Positions 26,651 to 32,000 of a stretch of DNA of 32,000 nucleotides are shown here, one piece after another. Numbering within the stretch: position 1 is the stretch's first letter; the number at the start of each line of letters is the position of its first letter. Below the pieces are notes generated by a model. That model saw only the letters and a list, made by a program, of their open reading frames with translations, did not search any database and was not told the DNA's origin. The stretch lies in NCBI GenBank assembly GCA_964505715.1, contig CAZDJE010000012.1, positions 24,568 to 56,567 of the forward strand, written 5' to 3'. Made by a program: the position numbers and the translations under genes. This DNA is from an uncultured Desulfocapsa sp. GTDB lineage: Bacteria; Desulfobacterota; Desulfobulbia; Desulfobulbales; Desulfocapsaceae.

Positions 26651-27357
26651 TCAAAGCAATAAAGAGAGTAGGAAAAGAGTCGCAAAGGAAAGAAGAATTC
26701 CCCAGCCAATAAGAGCAGCCGTAAGCCTTGGAGCAAAACAGCACTCATGGCCATGGCGCCCGCTGTAACCATGGGCGGCATTCCCGCTTCAAAGACAGCA
26801 ATTCATGCGGCATCCCCTTCGAGCCCCAAAAGGCGACAAATAAACAGAGCTGCAAAGGGAGCAATCAGAAGTTTTAGACCCAGCCCAAAACAGAAGGGCA
26901 GGATCTGCCCCGGTGCCAGTTTAAGTTTCAACTGTAAGCCAATGACGATCATCACCACGGATACCAGAGACGAGGTAATCAGGACAAGACTGCCTGCAAT
27001 CACTTGCTGTTGTAATGGATTTGCCAGAGCAATAGCAACAATCAATGCCAGAAACGGTGGAAAACTTAACACATTTTTAAAAATATCCGCCACACTTTGC
27101 CGCCGTTGATCACTATAGAGTGCGAGCACAAAAGAGCCATAGGTCAACAGTAACAGGAAGGAACCAAACTGATCATAGATAATCCCGTAGGAGACCATTT
27201 CGCTTCCCCAGAACGCCACTATCATAGGAATTCCTATGAATGAAGTGTTCCCCAGAGGAATGGTTAGAAGCAGAACTACGGTAATTTCTCTTGCCTAGCG
27301 AGCTTGTTCAATCCCATTCCTGCAGCAAGGCAGATAGAGATGAGAATAAATTTTTCC
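26651..27357 (-). pseudogene. Degraded AEC (auxin efflux carrier) family transporter gene
   Basis: The minus-strand pieces read ...KFILISICLAAGMGLNK / (frameshift near 27300) LGKREITVVLLLTIPLGNTSFIGIPMIVAFWGSE...LLGLEGDAA* (in-frame TGA at 26803-26805) IAVFEAGMPPMVTAGAMAM / (frameshift near 26745) APRLTAALIGWGILLSFATLFLLSLLL*. The N-terminal ~60 or more aa are missing. The sequence matches my recollection of AEC family conserved blocks (GNT.F.G.P and EA.MP). Confidence 0.55.
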
Positions 27358-27442
27358 CTTTTTTAGACACTCCAACTCCGAGAGTATTTAATTATGTTGC
27401 AGCACAAGCGTTCTACTCCACAATGCGGAAGTGGCAAAACAA

Positions 27443-27471
27443 TTTAACAATCGCCTGAAATAGCGTATAAT
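27443..27471 (+). promoter_or_regulatory. Sigma70-like promoter (TTTAAC - 17 bp - TATAAT) directly abutting the small ORF at 27477
   Basis: The -35-like hexamer is at 27443-27448 and a perfect TATAAT is at 27466-27471. The ATG lies 6 nt downstream of the -10 and has no Shine-Dalgarno, which is compatible with a leaderless transcript. Confidence 0.3.
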
Positions 27472-27476
27472 AGACT

Positions 27477-27650
27477 ATGTATAAAATTTTGAAAAACAAT
27501 TCACCTGAAAAACTTGAACTTGACGTTCAACGTTACCTGAAGAACGGATGGGCTGTCGCAGGCGGCGTTGCCATCTCTCCAGATTCAATCTATTTTCAAG
27601 CTGTATTTAACTCTACAAAGATTCAACTCCACCAGAAAAAACGAGTATAA
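27477..27650 (+). CDS. Small hypothetical protein (57 aa), possibly DUF1737-like. Not in the supplied ORF track because it is under 60 aa
   Basis: MYKILKNNSPEKLELDVQRYLKNGWAVAGGVAISPDSIYFQAVFNSTKIQLHQKKRV. The pattern YKIL...LE..V..YL..GW...GGV......YFQA resembles small DUF1737-type proteins as I recall them. There is no RBS. See the adjacent promoter. Confidence 0.4.
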   Translation: MYKILKNNSPEKLELDVQRYLKNGWAVAGGVAISPDSIYFQAVFNSTKIQLHQKKRV

Positions 27651-27890
27651 GAGGTCCCCTCCCACTCTTCCCCAACAAAAACTCACTAGCAATAACATGT
27701 CGGAATCAAACTAATTTCCCCCCACGAAACAGTATCTGCAAATTACCCTTTTCCGCTATCCATTCCCATGATATAATTTACGTGATATGGTACGTTGATT
27801 TTGAAATGCAAACATCTGTATGGTACACTTTTTTATCATATGGCCTATATTATATTATTTTTGAATTTTACATCCTAAAAGGAGCTTTCC

Positions 27891-29048
27891 ATGACACTCT
27901 CTTCATATGAAGCAAAAGATCTTTTCCAATGGTTGACCGACAAAGAAGATATCTTGGTTCTCGATGTTCGTAATGATAAAGATTTCAGCCGTTTTCAGGT
28001 TGAATCTCCCTATTCTTTTGATATGGAAAATGTCTCCTACTATGATTTTATGGAGATTGAGGATGAAAGCGTTGCCAAGGTGCCTAAGGGACGCGCCGTC
28101 CGTATCGTCTGCGCTAAGGAAGGCTCCGCAAAATACGTGGGCGAGATTCTTGTCAAACATGGTTTTGAAGATGTCCGCTATCTCACCGGTGGTATCAAGA
28201 CCTGGGGGAATCTTCTTGTTCCAAGAGTTATAAAAGAGAGTGATGAATACTGCCTCTACCAATTTATCCGCCCCGGAAAGGCGTCCTGCAGTTATGGTAT
28301 TTCATCCGGTGGAGAGATGATGCTGGTTGATCCAAGCAGAAATATTGACTTCTATATTGATTTTGCAAAAAGTAAAAACTGTACCATCATCAAAACATTT
28401 GAAACCCACCTTCAGGCCGACTATATCGCTGGCTCCAGGCAGATTGCAGAGCAGACGGGTGCTGAATTTATCGGAGGAGTAGATTTTGATGGCACAGCGG
28501 CTGGCCATATTGCAGCGGTTGATGAGAAGGTATACGCATTCTCCCAGGGAGGCCCAGATGTCAAACTGCTTTTTACCCCGGGCCACACTCCTGGTTCACT
28601 GACTTTTTTGGTCGATGATACCTATATGATCTCAGGAGATACCATTTTTATTCAATCCATTGGACGCCCCGACCTTGGCGGACAGGTTGATCAGTGGGCA
28701 ATACTTCTTTTTAATACTCTGCAAAAAGTTACACAACTCGACGATTCCCTTCTTGTCCTGCCGGGACACTATATGAACTGGGATGAAGCGAATGAGAATC
28801 TTATCTTCTGTCTAACATTCGGACAGATAAAAGACAGAAACAGCGATGTCTTTGCCATGAATGAGAAAGATTTTATTCAGTATATCAAGGACAATATGCG
28901 GGAACAACCATCCGACTATGCCCTTATTCGTCTTGCAAATGCCAATGCAGAACAGTATGACATTGATAAGCAGGAAGAGCTTGATCTGGGGAAAAATGAA
29001 TGCGCAGCAACAGCGTATGCCAAGACGCAGGCTGAAAAAGATCAGTAA
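27891..29048 (+). CDS. Rhodanese-like domain fused to an MBL-fold metallo-hydrolase domain (degenerate HxHxDH motif)
   Basis: The N-terminal rhodanese-like fold (ILVLDVRNDKDF...RIVCAKEGSAKYVGEIL...GGIKTW) has a loop Cys but lacks the usual Arg. The MBL core reads GEMMLVDP, TFETHLQADYIAG (in place of THxHxDH), TPGHTPGS, SGDTIF and LPGH. A good RBS (AAAGGAG) is present. Confidence 0.8.
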   Translation: MTLSSYEAKDLFQWLTDKEDILVLDVRNDKDFSRFQVESPYSFDMENVSYYDFMEIEDESVAKVPKGRAVRIVCAKEGSAKYVGEILVKHGFEDVRYLTGGIKTWGNLLVPRVIKESDEYCLYQFIRPGKASCSYGISSGGEMMLVDPSRNIDFYIDFAKSKNCTIIKTFETHLQADYIAGSRQIAEQTGAEFIGGVDFDGTAAGHIAAVDEKVYAFSQGGPDVKLLFTPGHTPGSLTFLVDDTYMISGDTIFIQSIGRPDLGGQVDQWAILLFNTLQKVTQLDDSLLVLPGHYMNWDEANENLIFCLTFGQIKDRNSDVFAMNEKDFIQYIKDNMREQPSDYALIRLANANAEQYDIDKQEELDLGKNECAATAYAKTQAEKDQ

Positions 29049-29069
29049 TAAATGCCAAGAACTAATCCG

Positions 29070-29100
29070 CTGTGTATCCTGAAGTACTACGGGTACACAG
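29070..29100 (+). terminator. Hairpin 22 nt after the rhodanese-MBL gene stop (possible terminator, no U-tract)
   Basis: CTGTGTATCC-N11-GGGTACACAG forms a 10-bp stem including one G-U pair. It is followed by TGAGAAGC, not a T run. Confidence 0.3.
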
Positions 29101-29848
29101 TGAGAAGCATGTCCATCTTGAGTAATAGCAGTTGAGATGTGAGAATGGAATCTTCACCCCGCTGATAGTAATCCCCTCGGCTAAAGATAAGCATTCACGT
29201 CAGCCATTTCACAGTAATAACCAAGGATTCCACCAAGCTTCTCTTGACTCAAATCCGGCAACAGAGTGTATTAATCTCGTGCCTGAATGATATAAGCAGG
29301 CGACGTATTGCTGATTTTTTTAAGAAAATCCAACTATTCGGTACGATACCTGCCTATGCACTAACTGCCAATTCCAAGAGTAATTATAAGCCCATTTCTA
29401 TTCGGTTTAACATCCTGCATTTTCACTGCCTAAACTCATTCGTCAAATTGTTGCATACGCCACAGGATCATCCCCCCCTCCCCTCTTCTTTGGGCTGGTA
29501 ACTTAACAGCTTATCCACTCAACCATTTTTAAATTTCCGGTGCCACTTCCGGTTATATCCTACACTACTAGCCAGTATCTCTTTTTGGTTTTAATTTGCT
29601 ATTAATTTTCGCTGACTATATACTTTCAGTACACTCTTGATAGACCCGTAAAAACAGTAAGTTACCACAGACGACATTGGGAGCGCGAAGGTTAAAAGTC
29701 AACGATTCACAGTATTAGCATGTTATCTGAGATCGAGTCGGCTAGGAAATGGGCACCCATTCGGATGCCTGCCAGGGTCGTAATGGTATGGTTAACCTTG
29801 AATATATAAAGCGTTTGTACGTGGTAAATCGGCCCTCAAAATATAGTG

Positions 29849-32000
29849 ATGGAAAAATTAACATTGATAAAGACAGGTGTGATTAACAGTAACAAAAGGT
29901 GGATACTGCAGTACAGGTGCTTCAGTTTTATTTGGCTGTCGCTTTTCCTGTTTGTCTTCTCCCCCCTCTCACTTGCTCAGGCGGCCTCATCACAGCGTAA
30001 AATAGTTGCTGCAGTGTTGCAAGATTTCCCCCCTCTTTATAGTCTTGACGATGCGGGAAAACCAATCGGTTTTGCCATTGATATCCTGGAGCATGTGGCA
30101 ACTGAAGCGGACATACATATCACCTATCGGACCATGAAAAATTGGGAACAGGCCATGGAGGCAGTGCGCAGTGGCCAGGCCGATCTTATTCCCGGTATCG
30201 GCATCAGTAAGGCGCGTCGCGATGAATTCCTTTTCAGCAAGAAGATAGAAACCATTCCCGTATCCTGTTTCGTACGTTCCAGCAACTTCACCATCAAGGG
30301 TATAGATTCCCTTCCCGGACACCGGGTGTCGGTACTAGCGCATAGTGTGGCTGAAAGCAAGTTAAGGGCTCACATGCCAGGGCTTACACTGATTTCACAT
30401 GATACCGTCAATTCTGCCCTGTTCCATTTGATGGCAGGTGATGAAGATGCTTTGGTCTTTCCAGAGGCATTACTCAAAGCAAACATACGTCAGTTGGGTA
30501 TCGATACCAAAATCATTAAAATGGTGGGCAAACCGTTAATGGAACTAAAACGTGGTTTTCTGCTACGTCGGACTGACTCTGAACTGCTCCAACTCCTTGA
30601 TCCTTTTATCACCCGGTATACTCAGTCAGCCAATTATATGGAGTCCTATCAAAAATGGTATGGCAAACCACTCTCCTTTTGGACAAAAAAACGTATTGTC
30701 TGGACCATGGGAGGGCTCTTTCTGGCCTCTATGGTTGGAATGTGCATCATGCGCAATACTTCCCTGAATCGATACAACCGGCGTTTGAAGAAAAGTGAGG
30801 CAGAACTGGCAGCCTTGTATCAAAATGCTCCCTTAGTGATGCTGCTTGTTGATAGCCAGCGGCGAATACTTAAGTTGAACAATCTGGCAAGAGAAATGAC
30901 CCGGCAGCCAGATGGTGAAACCATAGGCCACCTAGGTGGTGATGCTCTGCACTGTATTCATTCGACTAATGATCCAGAAGGATGTGGTTTTGGGGAAGCC
31001 TGTGAAATGTGTGGTATACGAAACTCTATCCAGGAGACCCTGGAAACTGGCAAAAACATTTCACGCCGTGAGGCAAAATTTGTTTATCAACTTCCAGATA
31101 GCCAGCAAGAGATGAACTTATTGGTCTCTACCACATTTCTGGAGGTGAATAGCGAGCCTCTTGTTCTTGTCTGTCTTGAAGATATTACGGAGCAGAAAAT
31201 GCTAGAACAACAACTCCGTACATCTCACAAAATGGAGGCCATTGGCACCCTGGCCGGAGGCATAGCACATGATTTTAATAACATTCTCTCTACCATTCTT
31301 GGGTATGGGGAAATGGCCAAGGAACAGATAGAAGAGGGTACTCCGCTGCATGAGGATATCAATGAAATCATTAGGGCAGGGCATCGTGCCGCGGATCTGG
31401 TTCAGCAGATCCTGGCATTCAGTCGACAGGACGAGCAGGAGCTTGTACCACTGCAGATACAGTTTATTTTAAAAGAGACTGTTAAGATGCTTCAGGCTAC
31501 TCTGCCCACCACCATTGCTATCAAGGTGAATATTGATACAACCTGCCCTCCAGTTATGGCTGATGTCACCCAGATTCAACAAATCATTCTCAATCTATGC
31601 ACCAATGCCAAGCATGCCATGCTGGATAAAGGTGGTGAGCTCACCCTTACTTTGCAAACGCAGACGCTGCCTCATCCTGATTTCCCTCTAGCTAAAGAGG
31701 CAAAGGGACCATATCTCCTGCTTATGGTTCATGATACCGGCTTTGGCATGGATGAGCAGACCATGGGAAAAATATTTGATCCATTTTTCACCACGAAGAA
31801 AATAGGAGAAGGGACAGGGCTGGGCCTTGCCGTGGTCCATGGTATTGTTGAGGGGCATCAGGGTTTTCTACTCGTGGAAAGTACATCCGGAAAAGGAACC
31901 ACTTTTCGTATTTTCCTGCCCCTTGCTGAGGATGCATCTGCAACATTTCAGGCCAAGGTTGTTCAGCCCCTGGAGAAAGTAGCGGTGGGCAGTAAAAACT
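29849..32000 (+). CDS. Sensor histidine kinase: periplasmic type-3 solute-binding (SBP_bac_3-like) domain, TM, Cys-rich PAS-like domain, HisKA, HATPase_c. 3' partial, continues beyond the window
   Basis: This ORF is not in the supplied track. The frame from the ATG at 29849 is open to base 32000. Translation: MEKLTLIKTGV...signal/TM...KIVAAVLQDFPPLYSLDDAGKPIGFAIDILEHVA... (SBP type 3), then TM (IVWTMGGLFLASMVGMCIM), then a PAS-like region with HCIHSTNDPEGCGFGEACEMCG. H-box MEAIGTLAGGIAHDFNNIL. N box NLCTNAKHAM. G boxes HDTGFGMD and GEGTGLGLAVV. Confidence 0.85.
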   Translation, partial: MEKLTLIKTGVINSNKRWILQYRCFSFIWLSLFLFVFSPLSLAQAASSQRKIVAAVLQDFPPLYSLDDAGKPIGFAIDILEHVATEADIHITYRTMKNWEQAMEAVRSGQADLIPGIGISKARRDEFLFSKKIETIPVSCFVRSSNFTIKGIDSLPGHRVSVLAHSVAESKLRAHMPGLTLISHDTVNSALFHLMAGDEDALVFPEALLKANIRQLGIDTKIIKMVGKPLMELKRGFLLRRTDSELLQLLDPFITRYTQSANYMESYQKWYGKPLSFWTKKRIVWTMGGLFLASMVGMCIMRNTSLNRYNRRLKKSEAELAALYQNAPLVMLLVDSQRRILKLNNLAREMTRQPDGETIGHLGGDALHCIHSTNDPEGCGFGEACEMCGIRNSIQETLETGKNISRREAKFVYQLPDSQQEMNLLVSTTFLEVNSEPLVLVCLEDITEQKMLEQQLRTSHKMEAIGTLAGGIAHDFNNILSTILGYGEMAKEQIEEGTPLHEDINEIIRAGHRAADLVQQILAFSRQDEQELVPLQIQFILKETVKMLQATLPTTIAIKVNIDTTCPPVMADVTQIQQIILNLCTNAKHAMLDKGGELTLTLQTQTLPHPDFPLAKEAKGPYLLLMVHDTGFGMDEQTMGKIFDPFFTTKKIGEGTGLGLAVVHGIVEGHQGFLLVESTSGKGTTFRIFLPLAEDASATFQAKVVQPLEKVAVGSKN

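Noticed and set aside
27788-27803. Sigma54-like promoter TGGTACG-N4-TTTTG upstream of the rhodanese-MBL gene
   Set aside because: The -24 GG is present, but the -12 element reads TTTT rather than TTGC (no GC dinucleotide). This is too weak to call.
29244-29501. 85-aa ORF in the long intergenic region
   Set aside because: It has a TTG start, no Shine-Dalgarno and no recognisable motif, and its composition is like the surrounding non-coding DNA. I kept it only as part of the observation about the long non-coding interval.
1-32000. CRISPR arrays, tandem repeats, tRNA/rRNA genes, or intact insertion sequences
   Set aside because: By eye I saw no regularly spaced direct repeats, no tRNA-like T-arm/acceptor patterns in the intergenic regions, and no intact transposase. 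A computational scan (tRNAscan-SE, Infernal, a CRISPR finder) would be needed to exclude them formally.

Overview
This looks like a chromosomal segment from an anaerobic, signalling-rich bacterium. The gene content resembles Desulfobacterota/Desulfobulbales, but that is inference only. I found no rRNA, tRNA or CRISPR array.

Gene order, left to right:
- (1) A translationally coupled + strand cluster: TonB-dependent receptor (5' partial), YfiR/DUF4154-like periplasmic protein, CHASE8-like/HAMP hybrid histidine kinase (two REC domains plus Hpt), and a REC-GGDEF-EAL response regulator.
- (2) A decayed C-terminal remnant of an IS200-like/REP-associated tyrosine transposase family gene.
- (3) sbcB.
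- (4) A REC plus class III nucleotidyl cyclase on the - strand, divergent from a 2TM K+ channel with tandem RCK domains that is followed 17 nt later by a PilZ-like protein.
- (5) A roughly 9 kb run of - strand genes: livJ-like binding protein, terminator and long spacer, livHMGF, a rhodanese/diiron ferritin-like fusion, hgcA, hgcB, a DUF45/HExxH peptidase, a nitroreductase and pdxH.
- (6) putA, a large nested palindrome, and an EamA/DMT transporter.
- (7) A degraded AEC-transporter pseudogene, a small unlisted ORF, and a rhodanese-MBL fusion with a degenerate metal motif.
- (8) An 800 bp non-coding stretch, then a large sensor kinase ORF (29849 to window end) that is absent from the supplied ORF track because it has no stop codon in the window.

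The most notable content is the mercury-methylation pair hgcAB. Its cap-helix motif reads NVWCAAGE rather than the consensus ending in K, and it sits in an unusual sulfur/iron-related gene context. A Yfi-like envelope module rewired into a phosphorelay and a K+ channel/PilZ pairing are the next most interesting items. All functional calls come from reading motifs by eye. No database search was run.
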